From: Candidatus Micrarchaeota archaeon
GTDB taxonomy: Archaea; Micrarchaeota; Micrarchaeia; Anstonellales; Bilamarchaeaceae
DNA length: 64,000 nt
Reading direction: 5' to 3'
Assembly: GCA_018812715.1 (NCBI GenBank)
Contig: JAHJCT010000017.1
Coordinates: 204,019 to 268,018 of the forward strand
Below the pieces are notes generated by a model. That model was not told the origin of the DNA. It worked only from the letters and a program-made list of their open reading frames with translations, and made no database searches. This document shows positions 52,148 through 62,529 of the stretch, one piece after another (the stretch's first letter is position 1; every line of letters begins with the position of its first letter). The translations under genes and the position numbers were made by a program.

Positions 52148-53647
52148 ATGGAACTTGGAACTATCATAGTTACAGATGGGACTCCTTCTACTACTGATTT
52201 TTCATTTGTCCTTAAAAATCCTGTAAAAAAAGGCCAGTATGTTCAAGTAAAAAACAATGATGATATTCTTTTTGGTTATATTTCTGAAATAACAAAAGCA
52301 AATAGATATTTTGAACGTGCTGAAAGCGTAGCAGAATTTGAAAAATATTCTGGCATGGAATCATTTCCTTCAAGTTCATGGGAATATGTGCTTGCAACTG
52401 TGAAAGTTCTTGGAGTTTTTAAGGATAACCAATTTCAAAGGGCATTCGTTCCACCATCTCCAGGGATCCAAGTATTCAATGCAGATAACAATGTTCTTCA
52501 CACTTTCTTAGGATTTGATAAAAACGGCCTTCATCTTGGCTCTATTGAACATCATGATGTTCCTGCAAAATTATCCATGACCAGGTTATTCCAGAAGCAC
52601 ATGGCCATTCTTGCAATGAGTGGTGCAGGAAAATCACATTTAGCAAGTGTGCTTCTCGAAGAAATACTTGAACGTAAAAAAGAGGATGGTCGTATTGCAG
52701 TTATCTTAATCGATATCCACGGAGAATATATAGGTTTTGCCCACGATCCAGTGTTTGGATCAAAAACTGAAGTAATTGATGGCAAAGATATCGCAATTCC
52801 ACTCAAGAAAATAAGTCCGGAACTTATCATGGGGTGGTTACCTAATCTTTCCTCACCCCAAAAGGATGTACTACGTCATGCACTTTTAACTCTGAAAAAA
52901 GAGAAAAAAGATGCTACAGGTTATAATTTCAAAGAACTTATAGAAAAAATCGATGCTTCTGATATTTCCAGAGATGAAGTAAAACGTGCACTTAAACGCA
53001 GCCTAAGCGAACTTAGAAGATACCGATTCGTCTCCAAAAAAACAGAAAAACCTCATCTACTATCAGATATTAAACCAGGAAAACTCATGATTCTTGATTT
53101 CAGCACAATAGATTCTCTTAGAAAAAAACAAATCTTAGTATCTCTAATAGCACGAAGACTTTTCAATCTCAGAAAGAAAAATAAAATTCCTCCATTTTTG
53201 CTTCTTATTGAAGAGGCCCATAATTTTGCAAGAGAAAAAGCCGAAGCCAGTGAGGCAGTCTCAAGAAGCATAATTGAAACAATTGCGCGTGAAGGGAGGA
53301 AATTTGGGGCATCACTATGCCTGATAAGCCAGAGACCAGTAAATCTTAGTACTACTGCCTTAAGTCAATGCAATACTCACATAATTCTCAGGGTTACAAA
53401 TCCAAATGATCTTGATCACATTCAAATGAGTTCGGAGGGGATAGATTCAAGAGTAGCAAGAAGTATAACTGGTCTTAAAGTAGGAGAAGCAATAGTAGTT
53501 GGGTCAGCTGTCAATTACCCTGTTTTTATCAGCGTAAGAGATAGAAAATCAGAAAAAAGAGAAAAAGGTGCACCTCTCCATACCCAAGCTATTGACTTCG
53601 AAGAAAAACAAGAAAAAAAGGAAAAGGCGGTTGAAGCCTTCATCTAA
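52148..53647 (+). CDS. HerA-like (DUF87) P-loop ATPase
   Basis: N-terminal barrel-like region, Walker A AMSGAGKSHL, Walker B LLLIEEAH, and RKFGASLCLISQRP. Confidence 0.7.
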   Translation: MELGTIIVTDGTPSTTDFSFVLKNPVKKGQYVQVKNNDDILFGYISEITKANRYFERAESVAEFEKYSGMESFPSSSWEYVLATVKVLGVFKDNQFQRAFVPPSPGIQVFNADNNVLHTFLGFDKNGLHLGSIEHHDVPAKLSMTRLFQKHMAILAMSGAGKSHLASVLLEEILERKKEDGRIAVILIDIHGEYIGFAHDPVFGSKTEVIDGKDIAIPLKKISPELIMGWLPNLSSPQKDVLRHALLTLKKEKKDATGYNFKELIEKIDASDISRDEVKRALKRSLSELRRYRFVSKKTEKPHLLSDIKPGKLMILDFSTIDSLRKKQILVSLIARRLFNLRKKNKIPPFLLLIEEAHNFAREKAEASEAVSRSIIETIAREGRKFGASLCLISQRPVNLSTTALSQCNTHIILRVTNPNDLDHIQMSSEGIDSRVARSITGLKVGEAIVVGSAVNYPVFISVRDRKSEKREKGAPLHTQAIDFEEKQEKKEKAVEAFI

Positions 53648-53679
53648 CACTTTTTAATTCTTAATGCGGATATAGAATC

Positions 53680-54486
53680 ATGCTCAGAAGATTGTTCGTC
53701 GTATCTCTTATTTTGCTTTCATTAACGTTTTCCATCGCTATTGTTTCTCCAGTTAATGCTGATGTAGACGAAAGTGATATCATTGATCTTGGTATTATCG
53801 GTCCAGGCCAGACAATTTATGTACAAATTGATCCTATTGTTAGTAGCGGTGGAACCCACGGTATTGGGGGCACCTATGATATGGCTGTTGCAGAAAACCT
53901 TCCTGAAGGCTGGGAATCAAGTGAAAGTAAGCTCTACCAAAACCCTCTCCAGGTTACTATTACAGCCGATCCAGATACCCCTGAAGGCAATTATAGTGTA
54001 AGAATAAATGTCATTGACGAATTCAATGGTGAAAATCTTGGGAATGTTAGTTTTATCCTAAGGGTTCAAGTCACCTGGGATGTTCTAGATTTTGAAGTTA
54101 CTCCAATCAGCCAAACAGTTGGTCCTGGCCAACCTGCTGTTTTTGATATAACCATCAAAAATAAAGCATCCACAAGTGATGCCTTTCAAGTAAGTGCCGA
54201 AGGTGCTAGAAGATGGGAATTTACAAAGCCTGTTTTCGTACCTGCCAAAAGCTCAAGAACTATTTCTTACGAAATTGTAGGTACTGAAGAGGAGAATTAT
54301 GCTGCAACTATTAAAATTGTCTCTCTTGCAAGCAGCAACATTGCAGACGAAGAAAACGTAACTCTTTCTATTGAATCTAACCTGCTAGGTGATTATAAAG
54401 CAACAAACAATGGAGCCATTGTTTTCCCTATATTTGAGCTTCCTATTTATTCCTTAGCTGGTTTACTCTCCAACTTCTTCGGATAG
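53680..54486 (+). CDS. secreted protein with two Ig-like (CARDB/NEW3-like) domains and a C-terminal hydrophobic tail
   Basis: Signal peptide MLRRLFVVSLILLSLTFSIAIVSPVNA. PEGNYSVRINV and PAVFDITIKNKAS patterns. Confidence 0.45.
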   Translation: MLRRLFVVSLILLSLTFSIAIVSPVNADVDESDIIDLGIIGPGQTIYVQIDPIVSSGGTHGIGGTYDMAVAENLPEGWESSESKLYQNPLQVTITADPDTPEGNYSVRINVIDEFNGENLGNVSFILRVQVTWDVLDFEVTPISQTVGPGQPAVFDITIKNKASTSDAFQVSAEGARRWEFTKPVFVPAKSSRTISYEIVGTEEENYAATIKIVSLASSNIADEENVTLSIESNLLGDYKATNNGAIVFPIFELPIYSLAGLLSNFFG

Positions 54487-54519
54487 TTCTTTTAAATTAA
54501 ATCAAACAATCTATCCTCA

Positions 54520-56028
54520 ATGACGAGAAGAGAGGCTATAGATTATATCATAGACAGACTCATTGCTGGAGAGGAGGATCTAGGGCAAATAAAACGCGAA
54601 GCAGGAAACAAATTCAAGATCTCATCAATGATAACAAATCCAGAGATTCTTGCACAGTTTCCAGCTTCAAAACTCACTTCAAAAATAAAAGATATGCTGA
54701 TAAAAAAACCAACAAAAACCATCTCAGGAGTCACACCTGTTGCTGTAATGATAAAGCCTCAAGATTCTTGCAAATATGCCTGCATTTACTGCCCATTTAC
54801 AGGGCTTGCTGCAAAAAGTTATCTAGGTTATGAGCCTGCTGCTTTACGGGGAAGAAATTTCTCTTTTGATCCTTACATGCAAGTTTCAAGCAGAGCAGAG
54901 CAATTTGAAACGGGTGGCCATGCAACTGATAAATGCGAAGTCATAATCATGGGTGGCACATTCCTAGGTATGGACAAAAACTACAAAGAATATTTCATAA
55001 AAGGCGTTTATGAGGGCCTTAATGGAAAGAGATCTCATACGCTTCAGCATGCAATCAAAACAAATGAAACAGCAAAACACCGGGTAATTGGCCTTACAAT
55101 TGAAACCAGACCAGATATGTGCTCTCAATACATAGATGAAATGCTTTCTTATGGCGCTACGCGTGTAGAATTAGGAGTACAGCATGCTGATGATGAAATC
55201 TATAAAATCATAAATCGTGGGCATACAACTGCTGATGTCATAAGTGCAACAAGAGATCTGAAAGATGCAGCATTCAAGGTTCTTTATCACATCATGCCTG
55301 GCCTTCCTGGTTCTAATATGAAAAAAGATATTGCTTTTGTAAAAAAACTCTTTAATGATAAGAATTTCAGGCCAGACATGCTCAAGATATACCCTACTCT
55401 TGTTGTGGGTGGCACTGTCTTACAAAAATGGGCTGAAGAAGGTAAATACAATCCATACACTACAGAAGAGGCGGCAGAAGTAATCTCTGAATTCTACCGT
55501 TATATCCCCAAATATGTTAGGGTAATGCGCATCCAAAGAGACATTCCTGCTGGCAGAATAAATTCAGGTGTAAGAAAAAGTAATCTAAGAGAGCTTGTAG
55601 AAGCAAAACTTAGAGAAAAAGGCATCATTCCGCAGGAAATACGTTATAGGGAAGTAAAAAGAAAACACATCAAACTTGCTGATTTTGAACTAAAAAGATT
55701 AGATTACGAAGCAAGTCAAGGTAAGGAAATTTTCTTATCATATGAAAATGAAAATCTTATTGCAGGGTTTCTAAGATTAAGGTTTCCTCAAGAAACTTCA
55801 GTTGCATTTGTAAGAGAATTGCATGTTTACGGTTCTGAAGTTCCAATAAGTGGAAATGGGAAAGTCCAGCACAAAGGTTTTGGCTCAAAATTATTACAAG
55901 AAGCTGAAGAAATAGCAAAAGAAAATGGAAAAGAAAAAATGCTAATTATTAGCGGCGTGGGTGTAAGGCCATATTACTCAAAATACGGCTATTCATTTTC
56001 AGGATCTTACATGTGTAGGAACCTATGA
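54520..56028 (+). CDS. elp3: Elp3-like radical SAM/GNAT tRNA uridine(34) modification enzyme
   Basis: CKYACIYCP radical-SAM cluster motif and a C-terminal GNAT domain (HKGFGSKLLQEAE). Confidence 0.85.
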   Translation: MTRREAIDYIIDRLIAGEEDLGQIKREAGNKFKISSMITNPEILAQFPASKLTSKIKDMLIKKPTKTISGVTPVAVMIKPQDSCKYACIYCPFTGLAAKSYLGYEPAALRGRNFSFDPYMQVSSRAEQFETGGHATDKCEVIIMGGTFLGMDKNYKEYFIKGVYEGLNGKRSHTLQHAIKTNETAKHRVIGLTIETRPDMCSQYIDEMLSYGATRVELGVQHADDEIYKIINRGHTTADVISATRDLKDAAFKVLYHIMPGLPGSNMKKDIAFVKKLFNDKNFRPDMLKIYPTLVVGGTVLQKWAEEGKYNPYTTEEAAEVISEFYRYIPKYVRVMRIQRDIPAGRINSGVRKSNLRELVEAKLREKGIIPQEIRYREVKRKHIKLADFELKRLDYEASQGKEIFLSYENENLIAGFLRLRFPQETSVAFVRELHVYGSEVPISGNGKVQHKGFGSKLLQEAEEIAKENGKEKMLIISGVGVRPYYSKYGYSFSGSYMCRNL

Positions 56029-56030
56029 AA

Positions 56031-56456
56031 TCAGTCTGGAGGGCTGAAACACATTGATAAGAACATTCTTGAAAACATATAGTCATTTCTAATATCATCT
56101 CTTGTTTCCCATCCTTGAGAAAATGCATACCTTGCTTCATCTTTAAATGTTCTATACGCATCGAATACAAGTGTCATTATGGTGTGCACTTGGGCATCAA
56201 ATCCTTCGCGGTCACCACTTTCTCCATAAGTAGTTAAATCATCCATTGCATCACTGAGTGCATCTCTTTTATCTTGCAGTGATTGCGGAGGAGTCGAATA
56301 GTAACCTTGGGCAGTCGCCAATAAATTATCTGCAGAATTATACCAACAATATATGTTACCATATTTATTATTCATATAATCGTCTTCAAATAATGGCTTT
56401 GCAAATCCAACACTTGCAAGCAAAAGTATCCCTAAAATAATGAATTTTTTCATCAT
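56031..56456 (-). CDS. small secreted protein (141 aa), unknown function
   Basis: MMKKFIILGILLLASVGFA signal peptide. The ATG lies 2 nt after the stop of the upstream beta-helix gene. Confidence 0.5.
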   Translation of the reverse strand: MMKKFIILGILLLASVGFAKPLFEDDYMNNKYGNIYCWYNSADNLLATAQGYYSTPPQSLQDKRDALSDAMDDLTTYGESGDREGFDAQVHTIMTLVFDAYRTFKDEARYAFSQGWETRDDIRNDYMFSRMFLSMCFSPPD

Positions 56457-56458
56457 AC

Positions 56459-59400
56459 TCACCTCTTTTTTCCTCTTCTTGAAAGCACTAAGTATGCTAC
56501 TCCCACAACTACGGCCAATACTAAAAATAGTGTTATGCATGGGAACTCTTCTTCTTGTTGCGTTGCTTTATCTGTTTCAATACTTTCTTCAGGAGCAAGT
56601 GATTCTCCAATTGCACCCATTGCTTGTATTGCATATTCTTTTGCTGCTTTATAATCGCCAGCTTCAAATGCCTCTTCAGCCAGTGCATAATATTCCAGGG
56701 CAGCTGTAACATTTTTGCCAGCTTCCTCAGCAGCATTAATCGCAGCACTTGCATCATCAAGTGCATCTTGTGCTTCTTCCTGTGTTACCTCTTCAGGAGG
56801 TAATTCTTCAGGTGGTTGTTCCTCCTCAATTATACATCCATTACTGGTGCAAACTTCCCCTTCAGCACAATCTTCATCATTGCAGCATTCATATGGAACG
56901 CATTCATGATTCTGCACGACTCCACACTCACATTCAACAGCAACACAAGCTCCCCCAATACATTCTTTTGTTGTAGGACAATCCGAATTTTCTGTACAAC
57001 CTACTGGTTCTTCTTCACATAGTGTGTAATGGATCACATACGGATTAGCATAATCATACCCAGCTTTGCTCAGATAAGCTCTGTATGTAGCAGTTGCTGG
57101 CATATCAAACGTTATCTCCCCATTACTGTTGGTGTATTTTGTTGCTATTACTCCTACAAACGGAGTATATTGCGTGAGTTTTATCTCAACATTAGTTACG
57201 GGACTTCCACTGTTTGTTATAGTGAATTCAACACCATCACAATCTGTTTCTGTTGTTACGCTCAATTGTTTTAGAGCTTCATCACCGCCACTATCTGTGC
57301 TTCCACTTGCAGTATACCCTGAAAATCCAGCAACTTCAAATGTTGCTGTTCCTCCTGCACATGATGAAGAAGCTGGCGTGAATGTTGTTCCGCTTAGAAT
57401 ATCAAGTCTTGTCAATGGGAATCCTGCTGCTTCATAAAATACTAAATTGTCACAACCGCCTGCGTATACACTCACTTCAGCTCCGGTGTTTAGTTCGTCT
57501 ACATCTATGTCACTATCATTTAGAGAAACAAAATTGCGTTCTAGTAAAAGATTATCCTCATTTGCATCCGTACCGGTAAGCATTACTGTGGGCCATAGGA
57601 CACCTTGAGTTTCACTGTAACCCATCCAAAGATCAGTTGCAGATACTGTACCACGAACTATTATCCAAGAATCATCATTGCCATAAATCATGAAGTTGTC
57701 GAGTGTTACAATTCCGCCATTGGCACCAAATCCATAGACTCCTGTTGAATGATCGTGTGATGTACAGTCAGTAACTGTTGCACTGGTCCCCTCAAAGTAA
57801 TAACCCCGTGCTCCATCATTGTATGCTTCATCATCTACTAGTAATGCATTGTCACTATCTACAATAGAAAATCCTTCCCATTGATTATTGTAAGACATCG
57901 TTTCTGTGATGTTTGCGTTATCTACATCATAGAGATAAATCCCCCCCCAAGAGTCATAAACTTCCGTATCGTTTATTATAAGATTCTGAAAGCCATTTCC
58001 TTGTATCCCATATTGATTCCATCCATATCCGTTTGAGTATAACGTTTCTCTCTGGAGTTCATTATCGTATGAGTTTACCAACCAATAACCTGAGCCCCCA
58101 TTATCATAGATCGTATTCCCTGAGAAGTACCCGTCATCAGTAAATTGAAGGCGTAGTCCTCTGAAATCATTATCATAAATTTCGTTATCAGTTACTCTTA
58201 CATTATCAGCATTGTAAAGATATATCCCCTCATCACCGTTTTCAAATATATAATTTGGATCCATAACAGCAAAAGCAGAATCAGTAATATCTATCCCACT
58301 ACCATTATTATTTCCTATTTCATTATCATTGATGGTTACAAAATCAGTCGATACTATTGTTATTCCGCTGCCTATGCCAGTCACAAATCCGTTCCCTGAA
58401 ATATTATTATTGATTATATCACTTGTATCGCCATTGAAGATACGAATACCATCACCGCCATTGAAGATAATGTCGTTTTCTTCTATCAAACTTGGATATA
58501 CTTGAAGGAAATAAATACCGTTATCCGTACTACCTAATATTGTGTTATTCGTAACATTAATGTTTGTTGTTGGGTCGGCATACACTCCATAATAGTTGCC
58601 ACCTATTAAATTATCATGAATATCAATGGCATCAGAATCTTCGATGTATACACCTGCAGCCAAGAAATCATCATTTGAAGTAATACTATTGTCATATACT
58701 TCTACATTTGTTGCTTCTGTTATATACAAACCATTACTATTCCCCATAATATTATTTTCATATACTAAAGAATCATCACACCAAATATCAAGCCGTATTC
58801 CATCATCAGGATTATCATAGATATAATTATTGCTTATATTTACTCCATATGACCAGTATAAGTAAATACCATCATCACCGTTACCATAGATCGTATTATT
58901 AGTAATTATAGCATAATCTAGATACTCACCATATATTCCATCTTGTAATCCATTGTCGTGAATACTGTTGTTATCAAACACTAAGTCAGGATTACTACCC
59001 CAAGCAGATACATGTACCTCAATACCATTATTTGTATTATCATATACCTCATTATCTCGGAATGTTACTGTATCTAAATCATACGCCATTATTGCAAACA
59101 TATCATTCTGATAGACCTCATTATCCTCTATAAGTGCATCAGTTACCATTTCAAGATATAATCCAGCATAATCATTACCCTCTATAACATTAGATATAAC
59201 TTCCACACTACTTCCATCTTCAATATCAAGACCAACATAATTGTCAGTGAAATTATTATCAAAAATATAATCATCCGAACCAGCTAGATACACCCCCCAT
59301 ACAACATTGCCAGTAAACTCACTTCCCACTATATTTATATCGTCACCAGTGATGTATACCCCAGATCCATCATGATTCTCGAATGTAGAACTTTCTATTG

Positions 59401-60028
59401 TAACATTGTCAATCTGCGCAAGCTGAATTCCACCTAAAATATCTCTCGCAGCAATCCCAGATAGTGCTGTTCCTGGGGGGCTTACTCCAATAACACTACT
59501 AAACAACGTATTATTTACAATTAATCCGCTTGTTGGTACATTACTATAAGTTATTTGATCTCCATAGCCAGGAGAAAGACCAGTGTAATACAGTTCACTA
59601 TCTTCAATTGTTACGTTTGTTGCCCCATCTACAAAAATATTACCAACATCATTTCTTCCAACAGCCCATCCAAAGTCGTAAATATTACAGTTTCTAATAG
59701 TTACATTATCCATTCCTGGCGCTATATAAATTCCGATTTCCCCCATGCTTAGAGGGCCTAAACTGCTTCCATAAATGGGCATTGCATTACAGTCTATAAT
59801 CACATCAGAAGTCCAAACCTCCATACATGTGCGGCCAACTGGACTACCAGAAAAAGTTCCATCATATGACATTGGTAGTCCGTTACCTATGTACTCTCCA
59901 GGAGTAACTATCAGTATAGTTCCTGTTGGAGCACCACAATCAAGTCCCGTGCCAGGACCAAATGCTGTTAGAGCAAAACTCAAACCACCAATTAAGAAAA
60001 GTATCAGAATAATGATGTTGGCTTTCAT
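56459..60028 (-). CDS. giant surface protein (1189 aa): signal peptide, more than 20 parallel beta-helix (PbH1) repeats, beta-sandwich, Cys-rich module, acidic linker, C-terminal TM anchor
   Basis: MKANIIILILFLIGGLSFALTA signal peptide. Repeated NxIxxNxxxGI units (ITNNTIYGNGDDGIYLY, ISNNYIYDNPDDGIRLD...). C-terminal FPCITLFLVLAVVVGVAYLVLSRRGKKR. Confidence 0.85.
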   Translation of the reverse strand: MKANIIILILFLIGGLSFALTAFGPGTGLDCGAPTGTILIVTPGEYIGNGLPMSYDGTFSGSPVGRTCMEVWTSDVIIDCNAMPIYGSSLGPLSMGEIGIYIAPGMDNVTIRNCNIYDFGWAVGRNDVGNIFVDGATNVTIEDSELYYTGLSPGYGDQITYSNVPTSGLIVNNTLFSSVIGVSPPGTALSGIAARDILGGIQLAQIDNVTIESSTFENHDGSGVYITGDDINIVGSEFTGNVVWGVYLAGSDDYIFDNNFTDNYVGLDIEDGSSVEVISNVIEGNDYAGLYLEMVTDALIEDNEVYQNDMFAIMAYDLDTVTFRDNEVYDNTNNGIEVHVSAWGSNPDLVFDNNSIHDNGLQDGIYGEYLDYAIITNNTIYGNGDDGIYLYWSYGVNISNNYIYDNPDDGIRLDIWCDDSLVYENNIMGNSNGLYITEATNVEVYDNSITSNDDFLAAGVYIEDSDAIDIHDNLIGGNYYGVYADPTTNINVTNNTILGSTDNGIYFLQVYPSLIEENDIIFNGGDGIRIFNGDTSDIINNNISGNGFVTGIGSGITIVSTDFVTINDNEIGNNNGSGIDITDSAFAVMDPNYIFENGDEGIYLYNADNVRVTDNEIYDNDFRGLRLQFTDDGYFSGNTIYDNGGSGYWLVNSYDNELQRETLYSNGYGWNQYGIQGNGFQNLIINDTEVYDSWGGIYLYDVDNANITETMSYNNQWEGFSIVDSDNALLVDDEAYNDGARGYYFEGTSATVTDCTSHDHSTGVYGFGANGGIVTLDNFMIYGNDDSWIIVRGTVSATDLWMGYSETQGVLWPTVMLTGTDANEDNLLLERNFVSLNDSDIDVDELNTGAEVSVYAGGCDNLVFYEAAGFPLTRLDILSGTTFTPASSSCAGGTATFEVAGFSGYTASGSTDSGGDEALKQLSVTTETDCDGVEFTITNSGSPVTNVEIKLTQYTPFVGVIATKYTNSNGEITFDMPATATYRAYLSKAGYDYANPYVIHYTLCEEEPVGCTENSDCPTTKECIGGACVAVECECGVVQNHECVPYECCNDEDCAEGEVCTSNGCIIEEEQPPEELPPEEVTQEEAQDALDDASAAINAAEEAGKNVTAALEYYALAEEAFEAGDYKAAKEYAIQAMGAIGESLAPEESIETDKATQQEEEFPCITLFLVLAVVVGVAYLVLSRRGKKR

Positions 60029-60061
60029 GCCTTAGTAACTAACTTAAGTTTTTTAAATCTC

Positions 60062-60853
60062 TCAGACATTCACTGAAAGCCTTTCCTCATCATTAAATTC
60101 CTTAAGTAATTCATCCTGCTCTTTCAATAGATTAAGGTAAGCGCCTTGGAATTCTTCAAAGTCTTTTTCTTCTTCTTCACTGAATTTTTTTACATACCGC
60201 ACTGCATTCATAAGCTGGATCTTTGTATTAACTTCCTTCATTTTCTCAAGATTCTCTCTTAGCTTCTCTTTTGTATTTAGGTCTACCCAAACACTTTTAG
60301 TGGCCAGTTCTATACATTCTTCGTTCTTACTGTCATTAGGGACAAGCATTCCCTCTTGAATATCGCAGCCTATCCCACATCTTCTCATAAATCTAACTAA
60401 ATTCTTTGCAACTTTTTCTTCAAGAGTTATTGAAATATTGTTCTCTACAGCCCCTAATTTCACTGCATCCGAAACTGCTGTTTTTTCATCTTTCAGCATT
60501 GAAATAATTACAGAAAGCTTTGCAATTTCAAGGCGGTTTTTGTAATTTTTCTTTATTATTTCCCCTCGTTCACAAAGTATATCAAATGCCTCGCCAGTTT
60601 TATTAGTAATCCCATCTTTGATTTCTTCTGCTGAAAATTCGCTTAGTTTCCCAGTCATATCATCTAATTTATTCTGATTAGGACAAACAATCTCTACTTT
60701 TGCCGTTTTTCTTTGCAATTCAGTTACTCTTTGATTAATGATCTCTAATTCTTCATCACACTCTCCATCTAATATCGCTTTCTTGAACTCAAACTCTGCC
60801 TTTTTTTTGTTTAGCTCTATTAGGTTTGCGATATCCTTTACGTTGATTTCCAT
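60062..60853 (-). CDS. hypothetical coiled-coil protein (263 aa)
   Basis: Long ORF with no family recognised. Its first 65 nt overlap the upstream protease gene. Confidence 0.45.
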   Translation of the reverse strand: MEINVKDIANLIELNKKKAEFEFKKAILDGECDEELEIINQRVTELQRKTAKVEIVCPNQNKLDDMTGKLSEFSAEEIKDGITNKTGEAFDILCERGEIIKKNYKNRLEIAKLSVIISMLKDEKTAVSDAVKLGAVENNISITLEEKVAKNLVRFMRRCGIGCDIQEGMLVPNDSKNEECIELATKSVWVDLNTKEKLRENLEKMKEVNTKIQLMNAVRYVKKFSEEEEKDFEEFQGAYLNLLKEQDELLKEFNDEERLSVNV

Positions 60854-62477
60854 ATGTTCTCATTATTAGAACGATGATAATAAATAAAAATAGTAATACC
60901 ACTACACCAGCAAGAAATACAACATCAACACTCTCTTCTTCTGTCTTCTCAACTACTAATTCTGCCTTCATTTCTTCTGTTGCCTGTTCCAATCCTTTAG
61001 CAAACTTAATTGTTCTATATGCTGCATCGTATTCATTCATTTCATAAAGAAAAACGGCATGGGAGTGGTATATCTCCCCCCAAAGCGAATCGTATTCTTC
61101 CTCTAAAAGCGGTTCAATATCATCCATTTCTCCACTTAAGATCTCAGCATCTGCTTCTTCCATTGCTATTACATAGACTGCATCAAATATTGCTGCTCCA
61201 TAATTGCCCTGTTCATATGATTTTTCTGCAATAGCCAATCTATTTTGTGTATCTAATGCTGTTATCCCAACCTCGCTGGCTTCTGCAATTTTGTCCTCTG
61301 CTAATCCCTCCCAACTGCTTTCATTTATGGCATTTCCTCCTTCTGGTGCTGCTGCAGTAAGTTCTTTTGCAACATTGCACCAAGCTTTTGCATATAATAA
61401 CTCATGGTATACTACAAATTCTTCATCTGTTAGAAGATCATCTAGTGTATTAGTTTTATTCCATCTATCATATGCCCACGCCTGCCTTAAATCTGAGCCA
61501 ACTACCCACTCAAAATTTTCATTTGTTACATTTGGTCGAGTTATTCCAGTAAGGCAAATTCCTATTTCCCCTTTCTTGCGTGATAAATCTGCTTTTCCTT
61601 TTATGATAGCTGCAACTGTTGAAATGTCCATATAATTAAGAAATGCCTCATTTGCCGCACTGAAAACATAGCCATCATCCATCAGGCTTTCTTGTCTTTG
61701 TATCTCATTCTCAAAAAATTCCTTTATCGCAGTAGTTTCATTATCCTCTACACTGATCGATACAAGCACCTCTTCCTCAAAATAGACCATTTTCTCAGCT
61801 ATAGGAATAAATGCCTCTAATTTTGAAGTATCATAGGCAGGAAGTTCAGGTATCTCACGCTTTTTTGCACTAAATGGTTCCTGTACTATTGTTTCATTAT
61901 CCATCATGAATCCTATAACATCTTCAATCCGATCTACTTCAAGTACTGTAATCTTGTCCTCAAGATTTTTCAGAAGAAGTGTTTCATATAAATTGCCCTG
62001 TGGCGCTATGAAGTATGTTGCGCCCTTTGCAGCTGCACCTTTTACCTTTTCATAAACGCCACCAACAGCGCCGACGTTTCCCCCGCCATCTATACTTCCA
62101 GTTATTATTGTATCATTTCTCATGGTTTTATTTTCTAATAAGGCATATGCCATTACAGTAAATGCGGCCCCTCCACTCGGCCCTTCAATATAACTGGTTG
62201 GATAATCATGGCCAAATGTAAATAAGATGCTACATCTTGTCTGTTTTCCTGATAATAAATAGGCGTAACTTACAGCTTCAATTATTGATTGTTGTGTCAT
62301 CAGACCTGTTGTTGGATATACTGTTGAATATACATTTCCATTTCCGGGTATTAACTCCACACTTACATTTATGAGTCCGCCATCAGTACCTATTACTGCT
62401 GGGACATACTGTGATATTTCACCTTCACATGCAAACGATAATGTGGCAAAAACTAACAGGAGGAAAACAATTCTCAT
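60789..62477 (-). CDS. membrane-anchored Lon-type (S16) serine protease domain protein with helical TPR-like region
   Basis: Signal peptide MRIVFLLLVFATLSFA. GPSGGAAFTVMAYALL (catalytic Ser) and GGVYEKVKGAAAKGATYFIAP (Lys) motifs. C-terminal TM helix plus basic tail. Confidence 0.6.
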   Translation of the reverse strand: MRIVFLLLVFATLSFACEGEISQYVPAVIGTDGGLINVSVELIPGNGNVYSTVYPTTGLMTQQSIIEAVSYAYLLSGKQTRCSILFTFGHDYPTSYIEGPSGGAAFTVMAYALLENKTMRNDTIITGSIDGGGNVGAVGGVYEKVKGAAAKGATYFIAPQGNLYETLLLKNLEDKITVLEVDRIEDVIGFMMDNETIVQEPFSAKKREIPELPAYDTSKLEAFIPIAEKMVYFEEEVLVSISVEDNETTAIKEFFENEIQRQESLMDDGYVFSAANEAFLNYMDISTVAAIIKGKADLSRKKGEIGICLTGITRPNVTNENFEWVVGSDLRQAWAYDRWNKTNTLDDLLTDEEFVVYHELLYAKAWCNVAKELTAAAPEGGNAINESSWEGLAEDKIAEASEVGITALDTQNRLAIAEKSYEQGNYGAAIFDAVYVIAMEEADAEILSGEMDDIEPLLEEEYDSLWGEIYHSHAVFLYEMNEYDAAYRTIKFAKGLEQATEEMKAELVVEKTEEESVDVVFLAGVVVLLFLFIIIVLIMRTYGNQRKGYRKPNRAKQKKGRV

Positions 62478-62529
62478 GAATTTTTCACTCGTGTTATATT
62501 AATAAACATGTTCATTAACAATAATTCTA

